The notes beneath the pieces were generated by a model that was not told the origin of the DNA, searched no databases, and was given only the letters and a program-made list of their open reading frames with translations. Below are positions 40,083 to 49,396 of a stretch of DNA of 64,000 bases, in pieces; the stretch's first letter is position 1, and each line of letters begins with the position of its first letter. The stretch spans positions 64,050-128,049 of the forward strand of contig WSXW01000008.1 in NCBI GenBank assembly GCA_009773495.1, written 5' to 3'. This DNA is from Bacillota bacterium (lineage in GTDB: Bacteria; Bacillota; UBA994). Both the position numbers and the translations under genes were made by a program.

Positions 40083-40546
40083 AACATGACCTTCACGGGG
40101 GAGTGGGTGCCCCATGCATACTCGAGCATGCCACTTGTGAGGCAGGCCCACAAACGCGCTAGCAGTCTATAAGTCTTCACTAAACTTCCCTAGGGAAGAG
40201 TTATATGGCATTACCAGTCAGCTTAGGCGTGCTGTTGTATCTGTGCCTACGAACATCTGCGAAGGTAAGGGCCATCGGAACGACCGCGAGCTGCATCGCT
40301 ACCTTGGTATCGCAAGGGCGTCTTTATCTGAAGTAGTCTATCTAATGTTCTTAGCACAGGATTTAGGTTTTTTGCCGGAAGACCAATATAGATGCCTTTT
40401 TACGCAAGCAGATGAGATTAGCAGGATGATAGTGGGTCTACAGGGCTACATCAGGAAAAATGTTGCTAGACGCAAAGGCTCTGCCAAAGCTCCCTAGGCG
40501 GGTCTTAGGGCTTTTGGTCATGTTTCACGATTCATGTTTCATGATT
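40068..40546. mobile_element. Intergenic element: four-helix-bundle gene enclosed by inverted heptamer arms
   Basis: 40068-40091 and 40516-40539 are reverse complements at 23/24. Confidence 0.6.
40107..40497 (+). pseudogene. Four helix bundle protein (23S rRNA IVS-protein family), frameshifted
   Basis: ALAVYK..FPREELYGITSQLRRAVVSVPTNICEG..YLGIARASLSE; frameshift near 40155. Confidence 0.85.
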
Positions 40547-40565
40547 ACTAAAGGGAGGTGCCCCC

Positions 40566-41381
40566 ATGTCCAAACTCATCATAACCGCCGCACTCGTTGG
40601 TGCAGAGGTTACGCGTGAGCAGACGCCTTATATTCCGTTAACGCCCGCAGAGATTGCCGACGCAGCGTTCGACTGCTACCAAGCTGGCGCAAGTATCGTA
40701 CATATTCATGTGCGGGATAAAGATGGAAAAGCAACACAAGACAAGGCCGTTTTTGCAGAGACTATTAGGCTCATTAAAGAGAAGTGCGATATTATCGTGC
40801 AGATATCTACCGGTGGGGCTGTAACCGCAAGGATAGAGGAGAGGATTGCGCCTATAGGTCTTAAGCCTGAAATGGCCACCCTCAGCACCGGAACGGTTAA
40901 CTTCGGGGCAGATATTTTCCTTAACACCCAAGAGTATATGGAGAAGATTGCCCGGGCCATACAAGAGAACGGTGTAAAGGCTGAGGTAGAGGTCTTTGAA
41001 GTGGGAATGATACAGAATGCTCTCAATCTAGTTAAGAAGGGCTTACTGTCTGAGCCGGTCCACTTTGACTTTGTGATGGGCGTGCCGGGGGCCTTACCTG
41101 GTACACCAAAGAACTTGATGCATTTAATCGAGAGTATCCCCCAGAATGCTACGTGGACGGTGGCTGGTATAGGCCGGGCTGAGCTGCCCTTGGCAGTGAT
41201 GTCCATTGTCCTTGGCGGCCACGTGCGGGTGGGGTTTGAGGATAACATTTTCTACTCACGCGGAGTTCTAGCTAAGAGCAATGCGGAATTGGTAGCTCGC
41301 ATTGTGCGGATAGCAAAGGAGTGCGGCCGCGAGGTCGCCACCCCCAACGAAACCCGCAGAATGCTTGGGATAAAGCAGTAA
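40566..41381 (+). CDS. kce: 3-keto-5-aminohexanoate cleavage enzyme
   Basis: KLIITAAL.GAE, GASIVHIHVR, STGG, PEMATL, GGHVRVGFED. Confidence 0.92.
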   Translation: MSKLIITAALVGAEVTREQTPYIPLTPAEIADAAFDCYQAGASIVHIHVRDKDGKATQDKAVFAETIRLIKEKCDIIVQISTGGAVTARIEERIAPIGLKPEMATLSTGTVNFGADIFLNTQEYMEKIARAIQENGVKAEVEVFEVGMIQNALNLVKKGLLSEPVHFDFVMGVPGALPGTPKNLMHLIESIPQNATWTVAGIGRAELPLAVMSIVLGGHVRVGFEDNIFYSRGVLAKSNAELVARIVRIAKECGREVATPNETRRMLGIKQ

Positions 41382-41407
41382 AGCAGTAGGGACGGAGCCT
41401 ACTGCTT
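41381..41407. repeat. Dispersed hairpin repeat with a GACGGAG loop
   Basis: AAGCAGTAGG-GACGGAG-CCTACTGCTT, perfect 10-bp stem; copy at 27158. Confidence 0.6.
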
Positions 41408-41551
41408 CCTAGGGCTCAGTGTTTTATCGGGCGCAGGTGTCTTTTTGCTTGTCCGATGTACAGGCATAAATTTGACATTAGGGCAGTATAGTCTATCAAC
41501 AGCAAGAATTGGAGCAGCATAGCAGTTGAACTAAATAAGGAGGTTTGTTCA

Positions 41552-44176
41552 GTGAGAAAGAAGCTTGCCATCTTCGTAGTTCTGATGTTGCTGGTATCCG
41601 TAACTGCTGGTGCAGGAAACTACCCCACATTGCAGCCGCTGACTCCCGCACCGATCATGTGGTCCGGTACTATGATTGACGAAACCCCTGTAGCGTGGTT
41701 TGTTGAACTCTCCGGCTCGCCGTTAGTAGAGGGCGGAAATTATACAGCTCTTTGTAAAGAAAAAGATGCTTTCCGCTCTCAGGTGAAAGACGCTAAGCTA
41801 AAGGTCAAAGAACGATTTGCCTTTGATAGCCTATGGAACGGGTTTTCTGTGAGTGTTGCTCCCGAGGATGTTGACAAGCTCTCCCTGATTCCAGGGGTCA
41901 AGGCCCTATACCCTGTGGTCTTGTTCTCTCTTCCTCCGGTTTATCCTACCGAAACCCCAGAGCTTTTTACGGCCCTTGCTATGACTGGAGCGGACTATGC
42001 ACAGAATGAACTAGGGTTTACCGGCAAGGGAATTAAGGTCGGCGTAATTGACACCGGTATTGACTATACTCACCCGGATTTAGGCGGCGGCTTCGGCCCA
42101 GGGTACCGCGTGTACACAGGGTATGACTTTGTGGGGGATGCCTTCGATGCAAACCCTGCCAATGCTACGTTTAATCCCATCGCCGCACCGAAACTAGACC
42201 CCATGGATAAGGCCGGCCATGGCACCCATGTGGCCGGAATTGTGGGGGCGAAGGGTAGAGTAAAGGGGGTAGCTCCAGAAGTAACCTTTGGTGCCTACAA
42301 GGTATTTGGCACCGTGGGTTCGACCACGGCTGACGTAATATTGGCAGCCATGGAGCGGGCTCTTGCTGATGATATGGATGTAATTAACATGAGTATCGGT
42401 GCTGCATTCCAGTGGCCGCAATATCCCACCGCTGTGGCCAGCGACCGCTTAGTTAGAAAGGGTGTAGTAGTGGTTGCCTCTATCGGCAATAGCGGCACTA
42501 GCGGCTTGTATGCTGTGGGTGCTCCTGGCGTTGGCAAAGACGTTATTGGTGTAGCTTCCTTTGATAACAGCCATGTATACTTGCCGTCTTTCACGGTTTC
42601 TCCTGGTGGGAACGCCGTGGGTTACACAGCTGCTACAGCCGCTCCAGCCCCACCAAAGTCGGGCACTTTCGCTATGGCCCGTACTGGTACAAAAACCTCA
42701 CTGGCTGACGCAGCGAATCCTCTCCCTGCCGGCAGCTTAATCGACAAAGTCGCGCTGATACGGCGCGGTTCAGTAAGTTTTTATCAAAAGGCTCTCAATG
42801 CCCAAAACGCAGGGGCCAGAGGGGTGGTGCTGTACAATAACGCTCCAGGCAGTGTAAGCCCGACTGTGGCAGGTGCTGTTCCTATCACTATCCCCGTAGT
42901 GATGATTTCTCAGGTTGAAGGTGAACAAATCGACGATCTGTTTACTGCAGGCCATACTGTAGGAATTACCTGGACCGAAAATATGGTCAGTTCACCCAAT
43001 GCTACAGGCGGTCGCATTTCTTCCTTCAGCTCCTATGGTTTAGCACCTGATCTCAGCCTGAAACCCGACCTAGGTGCCCCCGGCGGCCAAATTTACTCCG
43101 CTTACCCCATGGCTCTTGGCGGCTATGCTACTCTGAGTGGCACTTCAATGTCTTCCCCTCATGTAGCAGGTGCGGCAGCACTGTTATTGCAGGCCAGACC
43201 CGAAATTTCGGCCAAGGCTGTCCGCACGATTTTGCAGAATGCTGCCCAGCCTAAAAACTGGCAAGGAAATCCTGGCCTAGGGTATCTTGATCAGGTTCAC
43301 CGCCAGGGTGCCGGCATGATTAATATTACAGACGCAATCTTAGCTACCACCAAGATAGAGCCATCCAAACTGGCTCTGGGGGAAAGCGAGTTTGGTCCGT
43401 CGGTAAGTACAATTAGCATTGAGAACGATGGCCCTTCAGCCGTCACCTATACCTTATCACACACACCCGCGCTCGCTACCGGTCCAAACTCCTTCTTAGT
43501 TAGCGCCCAAGCGGGCTTTGCCACTGTAGAATTCAGTGTGCCCAGTATTACTATTGCGGCTGGTGCAACGGCAACTGTACAAGCAACTGTTACGGCCCCT
43601 GGACTGGCGGAGGGTGCGTTATACGGTGGGTACCTAGTGTTCACTGGTAGCGACGAGAGGATCCTACGCGTACCTTACGCTGGCTATAAGGGCGACTACC
43701 AAAAGAGAATAGTACTTACCCCCACTGCTAATATCTTTCCGTGGTTGGCAAGCCTAGAAGGTGGTTCGTACTATAAGCAGGGTGATGCCACCTTCACTTT
43801 CACAAATGGAGACATCCCTTACTTCCTAGTACACTTTGACCATCACCCTCAACTGTTCAAGGCCGAAGTCTATGAGACAGGAACAGGCAAATACATGCAT
43901 CAGGCCTTTGAATACAAATACCTACCCCGCAACTCTACCGCAGGTGGCTTCTTTGCATTTGCCTGGAATGGAGTTGTTACCAAGGGCAACAAAGAATCGA
44001 TGATACCCAATGGTTCTTACGTGGTAAAATTGTCGGTACTAAAGGCGCTTGGTGACGCTTCTAATCCAGAGCATTGGGAAATGTGGACGTCACCTGTGAT
44101 AAAAGTTGAAAATGGAGAGAACCCTGTGGATAAGCCCATAGGAAACGACAAGGCCGAGGCTCCTAAAGACAAGTAG
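41552..44176 (+). CDS. Secreted S8 subtilisin-like serine protease (Vpr-like, with PA and Fn3-like domains)
   Basis: Signal peptide; catalytic triad motifs IDTG, HGTHVAG, GTSMSSPHVAG; PA insert. Confidence 0.92.
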   Translation: MRKKLAIFVVLMLLVSVTAGAGNYPTLQPLTPAPIMWSGTMIDETPVAWFVELSGSPLVEGGNYTALCKEKDAFRSQVKDAKLKVKERFAFDSLWNGFSVSVAPEDVDKLSLIPGVKALYPVVLFSLPPVYPTETPELFTALAMTGADYAQNELGFTGKGIKVGVIDTGIDYTHPDLGGGFGPGYRVYTGYDFVGDAFDANPANATFNPIAAPKLDPMDKAGHGTHVAGIVGAKGRVKGVAPEVTFGAYKVFGTVGSTTADVILAAMERALADDMDVINMSIGAAFQWPQYPTAVASDRLVRKGVVVVASIGNSGTSGLYAVGAPGVGKDVIGVASFDNSHVYLPSFTVSPGGNAVGYTAATAAPAPPKSGTFAMARTGTKTSLADAANPLPAGSLIDKVALIRRGSVSFYQKALNAQNAGARGVVLYNNAPGSVSPTVAGAVPITIPVVMISQVEGEQIDDLFTAGHTVGITWTENMVSSPNATGGRISSFSSYGLAPDLSLKPDLGAPGGQIYSAYPMALGGYATLSGTSMSSPHVAGAAALLLQARPEISAKAVRTILQNAAQPKNWQGNPGLGYLDQVHRQGAGMINITDAILATTKIEPSKLALGESEFGPSVSTISIENDGPSAVTYTLSHTPALATGPNSFLVSAQAGFATVEFSVPSITIAAGATATVQATVTAPGLAEGALYGGYLVFTGSDERILRVPYAGYKGDYQKRIVLTPTANIFPWLASLEGGSYYKQGDATFTFTNGDIPYFLVHFDHHPQLFKAEVYETGTGKYMHQAFEYKYLPRNSTAGGFFAFAWNGVVTKGNKESMIPNGSYVVKLSVLKALGDASNPEHWEMWTSPVIKVENGENPVDKPIGNDKAEAPKDK

Positions 44177-44204
44177 AAGATACGAACTGAACAAGAGTAA
44201 CTAC

Positions 44205-44238
44205 TAGAGGCCCGGGCAATCCGGGCCTCTACTTCTTT
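44205..44238 (+). terminator. Rho-independent terminator
   Basis: TAGAGGCCCGG-GCAAT-CCGGGCCTCTA followed by CTTCTTT. Confidence 0.75.
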
Positions 44239-44285
44239 GGCGCTACCATTAGGTTGGCTTTCACTTACTTTTGCGTAGCCTTACA

Positions 44286-44326
44286 AGGAATGCGCTCCTT
44301 AACATAGAATAGGTAATAGCTAGACA
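44286..44326 (+). promoter_or_regulatory. SigH-like promoter with a box shared with the kal promoter
   Basis: AGGA-N17-GAAT; TAGAATAGGTAAT-A-GCTAGACA. Confidence 0.55.
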
Positions 44327-44367
44327 TGCCATGATATTTCTAGAGTTGTCAGAAGGGAGATGGAATA

Positions 44368-45036
44368 GTGAAGGGTAAAATAAGGATAGCACAGGAAGCT
44401 CTCGCCGGACTCAAAGACGGAATGACTGTTATGATCGGTGGGTTCTTGGGGGTAGGTGCGCCAGAGGGGCTAGTGACAGAGGTGTTGGAGAAGGGCACTA
44501 CGGATCTCACCGTAATCGGAAATGATACTGGCTTCCCGGATAAGGGTATCGGCCGTTTAATCGTCGCCAAGAAGATTAAAAAGGTCATTGCCTCGCACGT
44601 CGGCACTAACCCCGAGACGGGGCGGCAGATGAATGCTGGGGAGACAGAGGTAGTCTTGGCACCACAGGGTACGTTGGCGGAGCAGGTTCGCGCTGCTGGT
44701 GCCGGCCTTGGGGGGATACTCACGCCAACCGGCGTAGGCACAGTAATAGAAGAGGGAAAACAGAAGATTACTGTAGACGGTAAGGAATACTTACTAGAAC
44801 TACCTATACATGCGGACTATGCACTTATTAGGGCTTATAAGGCTGACGAAAAAGGCAACCTGGTATATCGCCGTTCCGCACGCAATTTTAACCCTCTTAT
44901 GGCTATGGCCGCTAAGGTAGTTGTGGCTGAGGTGGAGCAAATTGTAGCGGTAGGAGAGATAGATCCTGACGAAGTCGTAACCCCAGGGCTTTTTGTGACC
45001 TACCTCGTGAAAAAGGGGGGCTCTGGCTGTGAGTAA
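44368..45036 (+). CDS. atoD: Butyrate/acetate:acetoacetate CoA-transferase subunit A
   Basis: [33 protein letters not shown]. Confidence 0.88.
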   Translation: MKGKIRIAQEALAGLKDGMTVMIGGFLGVGAPEGLVTEVLEKGTTDLTVIGNDTGFPDKGIGRLIVAKKIKKVIASHVGTNPETGRQMNAGETEVVLAPQGTLAEQVRAAGAGLGGILTPTGVGTVIEEGKQKITVDGKEYLLELPIHADYALIRAYKADEKGNLVYRRSARNFNPLMAMAAKVVVAEVEQIVAVGEIDPDEVVTPGLFVTYLVKKGGSGCE

Positions 45037-45688
45037 GGATATTAAGCGCGAGCGCATCGCCAGGCGCGTGGCCATGGAGCTAAGCGATGGCATGGTCGTC
45101 AACCTCGGTATTGGTATACCGACCTTTGTGGCTAATTTTGTGCCTGAGGGTATCGATGTAATGTTCCAGTCGGAGAACGGTTTTGTGGGCTTAGGCCCGG
45201 CCCCGAGCCCGGATAACATTGACCCAGATATCACTAACGCCGGAGCCCAACCGGTAACCATACTCCCGGGCGGAGCCTGTTTTGACTCCGCTACTTCGTT
45301 TGCAATTATCCGCGGTGGGCACGTGGATTTAACGGTATTAGGGGCACTAGAGGTAGACGAAAAGGGTAACCTCGCTAACTGGATGGTGCCAGGCAAGATT
45401 GTCCCAGGTATGGGCGGAGCAATGGATTTGACCGTAGGAGCCAAGCGGGTAATCATTGCTATGGAACACACTGCTAAAGGTAACCCTAAAATCCTGCCGT
45501 TGTGCACGCTGCCCCTCACAGCGAAGGAGCAAGTGGATCTGATTGTTACGGATATGGCGGTGATTGAGGTGATTCCGGCGGGATTGGTCTTGAAAGAGAT
45601 TGCTCCGGATACCACGGTGGAAGAGGTTGTCGCTGCCACAGCTGCGAAGCTGATAGTGTCGGCTCATGTAGCTGTCATGGCTGTTTAG
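45029..45688 (+). CDS. atoA: Butyrate/acetate:acetoacetate CoA-transferase subunit B
   Basis: [14 protein letters not shown] (catalytic Glu), GMGGAMDL. Confidence 0.88.
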   Translation: MSKDIKRERIARRVAMELSDGMVVNLGIGIPTFVANFVPEGIDVMFQSENGFVGLGPAPSPDNIDPDITNAGAQPVTILPGGACFDSATSFAIIRGGHVDLTVLGALEVDEKGNLANWMVPGKIVPGMGGAMDLTVGAKRVIIAMEHTAKGNPKILPLCTLPLTAKEQVDLIVTDMAVIEVIPAGLVLKEIAPDTTVEEVVAATAAKLIVSAHVAVMAV

Positions 45689-45755
45689 GGGTAGCCAAAG
45701 CAGTTCCCCTTTGGTTGGTTTTTTTGATTTTATTAACTTCGAGGAGGTCCCCCAC

Positions 45756-46400
45756 ATGAAATTCTTCTTAGACACTGCTAACGTCGACGAGATCCGCAAA
45801 GCAGTAAAGCTCGGCGTTATAGCCGGCGTTACCACCAACCCCACCCTCATAGCCAAGGAGGGCAAGGAGTTTCATCCTACCGTAAAGGAAATCTGCGCCA
45901 CCACACCCGGACCTGTGAGCGCAGAAGCGATCAGCCTAGACGTGGAGGGCCTGCTGCGCGAAGCCCGCGAGCTAGCCGCGCTTGCTCCTAATGTTGTCGT
46001 TAAAATACCCATGACCGAAGCTGGGCTCGAAGCTGTTGCTACCCTCACTAAAGAAGGCATTAAGACCAACGTGACTTTAATTTTCTCTGCCAACCAAGCC
46101 CTCCTCGCTGCCCGCGCTGGCGCTAGCTACGTATCTCCCTTTGTCGGGCGCTTAGACGATATCTCCAGCCCCGGCATGAAGGTAGTCGAAGACATTGCTG
46201 ATATCTTCGCCATCCACGACCTCCCTACTGAGATAATTGCCGCCTCCATCCGCCACCCACAACACGTGCACGAAGCAGCCCTCGCTGGCGCGCATATCGC
46301 TACGGTGCCGTACAAGGTAGTGCAGCAGATGATAAGTCATCCGTTGACGACGAGTGGGATAGAGAGATTTATGGATGATTGGAAGAAAGTGAGTAAGTAG
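45756..46400 (+). CDS. fsa: Transaldolase / fructose-6-phosphate aldolase family
   Basis: [36 protein letters not shown]. Confidence 0.92.
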   Translation: MKFFLDTANVDEIRKAVKLGVIAGVTTNPTLIAKEGKEFHPTVKEICATTPGPVSAEAISLDVEGLLREARELAALAPNVVVKIPMTEAGLEAVATLTKEGIKTNVTLIFSANQALLAARAGASYVSPFVGRLDDISSPGMKVVEDIADIFAIHDLPTEIIAASIRHPQHVHEAALAGAHIATVPYKVVQQMISHPLTTSGIERFMDDWKKVSK

Positions 46401-46403
46401 ACT

Positions 46404-46875
46404 TTAGTTCTCAGTTCTCAGTGCCCAGAAAAGGGGTGTGATCTCATATGCCCAAAGGATTTGTGCAGTTGAAGGTGTGGCAGCAGGTCAGGATAATGGC
46501 TAAGGAAGTATATAACTTGACAGAACAGTTCCCCAATAGGGAACAGTACTCTTTGGCATAGCAGATGCGTAGAGCCGCTGTATCAGTGATGTCAAACATC
46601 GCTGAAGGGCAAGGTAGGTTTACACGGAAGGACTTCCGCCACTTTCTTTTTATGTCCCGAGGTTCTCTACTGGAGTTGCACAGTTGTCTTATTCTTTCTA
46701 TCGACTTGGGTTATCTTGACCGAGACCCTGTATTCGCTTGTTACAAACACTGCAACCAGATTGGGCGTATGCTAAACGGCCTTATTGCATCATTAGTATA
46801 GAACGAAAGACGGGGATGCAGCAGAAGCCTAGGACTACGAGTGCTGGGATCCGAGCACCGAGAACTGAGAACCAA
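46404..46875. mobile_element. Intergenic element: four-helix-bundle gene enclosed by inverted GTTCTCA/TGAGAAC heptamer arms
   Basis: 46404-46426 and 46853-46875 are reverse complements at 20/23. Confidence 0.6.
46448..46801 (+). pseudogene. Four helix bundle protein with an in-frame TAG
   Basis: MPKGFVQLKVWQ..FPNREQYSLA*QMRRAAVSVMSNIAEG..SRGSLLE; TAG at 46559-46561. Confidence 0.85.
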
Positions 46876-46894
46876 CCAGATAAGGGGTGAGATT

Positions 46895-47863
46895 ATGGAA
46901 AGAGAATTGGCTTTAGAGTTTGTGAGAGTAACGGAAGCCGCCGCCATCGCCTCCGGCCGCCTGATGGGTCGGGGGCAGAAGGAAGCGGCAGATGCCGCTG
47001 CGGTTGACGCCATGCGGGCGATGTTGGATACGGTGCAAATTAAGGGTACCGTTGTTATTGGCGAAGGGGAGATGGATGAGGCCCCGATGCTCTATATTGG
47101 TGAGCGCGTGGGTGGAGCAGATTTTCCGGAGGTAGACATTGCGGTTGACCCGCTAGAAGGTACTAGTCTTGTAGCCAAAGGATTGCCCAATGCCATCGCT
47201 GTATTGGCAGTGGCAGAAAAGGGGGGGCTACTACACGCACCCGATATGTATATGGATAAAATAGCTGTAGGTCCTGAGGCCAGGGGTTGTATTGATTTCG
47301 ACGCCCCGATTAAAGACAACTTGGCGCGTGTAGCGCGGGCTAAGGGGCGCCGTATTGAGGACCTGACGGTGGTAATTTTAGACCGCGACCGCCACGCCAG
47401 AATCATCCGTGAAGTACGGGAAGCCGGTGCGCGCATTAAACTTATCACCGATGGTGATGTGGCACCTGCTGTGGCTACTGCCTTTGGCGAGAGCGGTGTT
47501 GATATGCTGCTCGGCATTGGCGGTGCGCCGGAGGGTGTGCTGGCAGCAGCTGCGCTCAAATGCCTAGGCGGCGAAATGCAGGCCAGGTTAGTACCAGGTT
47601 CGCCTCTGGAGGCAGAACGCGCCCTAGCTATGGGCTTAAAGGATATAGGCTTAGTGCTTACCCTCAACGATTTGGTAAGTAGTAACGACGTTATTTTCGC
47701 TGCCACAGGTATTACTGATGGAGATCTCCTGCGTGGAGTGCGCTACTTTGGCGGAAAAGCCTCAACCCATTCCATTGTCATGCGCAGCAAAACCGGCACC
47801 ATCCGCCTCGTCGAAGCCACGCATATGCTCGATAGGAAGACGTTTGTAAAGCGGGGGTGCTAG
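46895..47863 (+). CDS. glpX: Class II fructose-1,6-bisphosphatase
   Basis: [40 protein letters not shown]. Confidence 0.96.
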   Translation: MERELALEFVRVTEAAAIASGRLMGRGQKEAADAAAVDAMRAMLDTVQIKGTVVIGEGEMDEAPMLYIGERVGGADFPEVDIAVDPLEGTSLVAKGLPNAIAVLAVAEKGGLLHAPDMYMDKIAVGPEARGCIDFDAPIKDNLARVARAKGRRIEDLTVVILDRDRHARIIREVREAGARIKLITDGDVAPAVATAFGESGVDMLLGIGGAPEGVLAAAALKCLGGEMQARLVPGSPLEAERALAMGLKDIGLVLTLNDLVSSNDVIFAATGITDGDLLRGVRYFGGKASTHSIVMRSKTGTIRLVEATHMLDRKTFVKRGC

Positions 47864-48015
47864 TAGGGCCGGTACGTGGCACATGGCACTTAGCAGGCGG
47901 CTATTTCACACTTTTTTCACACTCCTCTCCCACTCTTGCGATAGCTTGCGGGTAAACTAAGAGTAGCAGGGGAGCAGAATCCAAAATAGTCTTCCCTTCG
48001 AAAAGGAGTGGTTCA

Positions 48016-48537
48016 ATGTTTAAGAAGATTCTTGTTTTTACAGTGTTGTTCTGTCTGATAGCGCAGGGTGCGCTAGCTTCATCCGGGCAGGCTCTGACAG
48101 AAGAAGGCCTCGCAACCCTCAAGGCTAAACTCCTCGAACGCCACGAGGCCCTAGTAGCCAAGGCAGAAGAGGTCCTTGCTAATAAGGACAACCTGCTAGA
48201 GTACATTAAGACTAAGGCTGATGAGTCGCAGGCTAAGGCTCTGGAGCTAGCGCAACAAAGGGCGGCTGAGGCTACAGATCAGGAACTCGCGGCCAAGTGG
48301 CTCAACAAGGCCAACGCTAAGCAAGAGTATAGGACAGCTCACATTGAGAAGAACGCCGACAAGATGGCGGAGAACATGCTTAAGCGCGCCGAAGCAGTTT
48401 TAGAAAATGCGGCCGAGATTCGTACTAAAATCGAAGCGGCAGAGAATTTAGAGGAGCTCCGCGAATTGCGCCCTGACCGTGGTATTAAACGCCCCATGAT
48501 GCGTCTTAAGGGTATCCTAAAGAGGTTCGGGAGATAA
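48016..48537 (+). CDS. Secreted alpha-helical hypothetical protein
   Basis: AGGAG RBS; signal peptide ending ALA; A/E/K-rich coiled-coil-like body. Confidence 0.75.
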   Translation: MFKKILVFTVLFCLIAQGALASSGQALTEEGLATLKAKLLERHEALVAKAEEVLANKDNLLEYIKTKADESQAKALELAQQRAAEATDQELAAKWLNKANAKQEYRTAHIEKNADKMAENMLKRAEAVLENAAEIRTKIEAAENLEELRELRPDRGIKRPMMRLKGILKRFGR

Positions 48538-48544
48538 AGAGTAG

Positions 48545-48684
48545 CCCGATTGTAGGGGCATCATGCGCCCGATTGTAGGGGCACAACATGTTGTGCCCGC
48601 CAGGCGTTGTAGGGTTGCGCCCAGGGCACGATGCCGTGCCCCTACACCAAACCCCGATTGTAGGGGCACAACATGTTGTGCCCT
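48545..48684. repeat. Cluster of GTAG-type REP-like palindromes
   Basis: 31-nt CCCGATTGTAGGGGCACAACATGTTGTGCCC identical at 48568 and 48653; inverted copy at 48624-48646; degenerate copy at 48545. Confidence 0.8.
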
Positions 48685-48718
48685 GGGTCGAACTCCCACC
48701 CCTAGAGAGAGGGATTAT

Positions 48719-49396
48719 ATGCGTAGTATTCACGTGGTGGAGGATGAGCAAAACGTACGCGAGCTTTTGGGCCGTTACCTTGAGCACGAGGGCTACAAGG
48801 TCTATTTGCATGCCAGCGGCGAAGGCGTGCTTGAAGCCTTGCAGGTCAATGGTGCTGACTTAATAGTCTTAGATATTATGCTGCCGGGTATTGATGGCCT
48901 AGAGCTATGCAAACGCATCCGGGCCAAATACGAGACGCCGATTATTTTTGTTTCTGCTCGCAGCGAGGAATTTGACCGAATCCTAGGGATTGAGCTGGGC
49001 GGCGATGATTACTTGGTCAAACCCTTTAGCCCCCGCGAGCTCTTGGCGCGCATACGGGCTATCTTTCGCCGCGTAGACCAACAGCAGTCAGTGGCGGTGA
49101 GCGGGCTCAAACCCTTTAAGGATCTCACTATTGATTCAGCCGCAAGGCTAGTGCGCTGTGGACAGTATACTCTAGATTTCACAAACAAAGAGTTTGAACT
49201 CCTGCTCTACCTGATAGATAATGTCGGCCGCGCTTTTACACGTGAGCAAATGGTTACTGCGGTGTGGGGCTATGCCTATGTAGGCGATAGCCGTTCGGTA
49301 GATGATCTAATTCGCCGCATCCGCAAGAAATTAGACGGCGTATCGACTATCGAGATTAAGACTGTATGGGGCTATGGGTATCGGATTGATGGGTGA
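48719..49396 (+). CDS. OmpR-family response regulator
   Basis: VVEDE, LDIMLPG, DDYLVKPFS, TVWGYGY. Confidence 0.93.
   Translation: MRSIHVVEDEQNVRELLGRYLEHEGYKVYLHASGEGVLEALQVNGADLIVLDIMLPGIDGLELCKRIRAKYETPIIFVSARSEEFDRILGIELGGDDYLVKPFSPRELLARIRAIFRRVDQQQSVAVSGLKPFKDLTIDSAARLVRCGQYTLDFTNKEFELLLYLIDNVGRAFTREQMVTAVWGYAYVGDSRSVDDLIRRIRKKLDGVSTIEIKTVWGYGYRIDG

Noticed and set aside
46559..46561. In-frame TAG here and at 29647 as evidence for amber recoding or pyrrolysine
   Set aside because: TAG is the normal stop of several intact genes (wzz, surface protein, protease, fsa), both cases are in dispensable genes, and no pyl genes are visible
40107..46801. Diversity-generating retroelement, since four-helix-bundle proteins resemble Avd
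   Set aside because: No reverse transcriptase and no template/variable repeat pair with adenine-specific differences; the 4243-4409 duplicate differs by a deletion and too few substitutions to support one
48563..48718. 52-aa N-terminal extension of the response regulator in the ORF track
   Set aside because: It is translation of the REP cluster; the receiver domain starts at ATG 48719 after a GAGGG RBS
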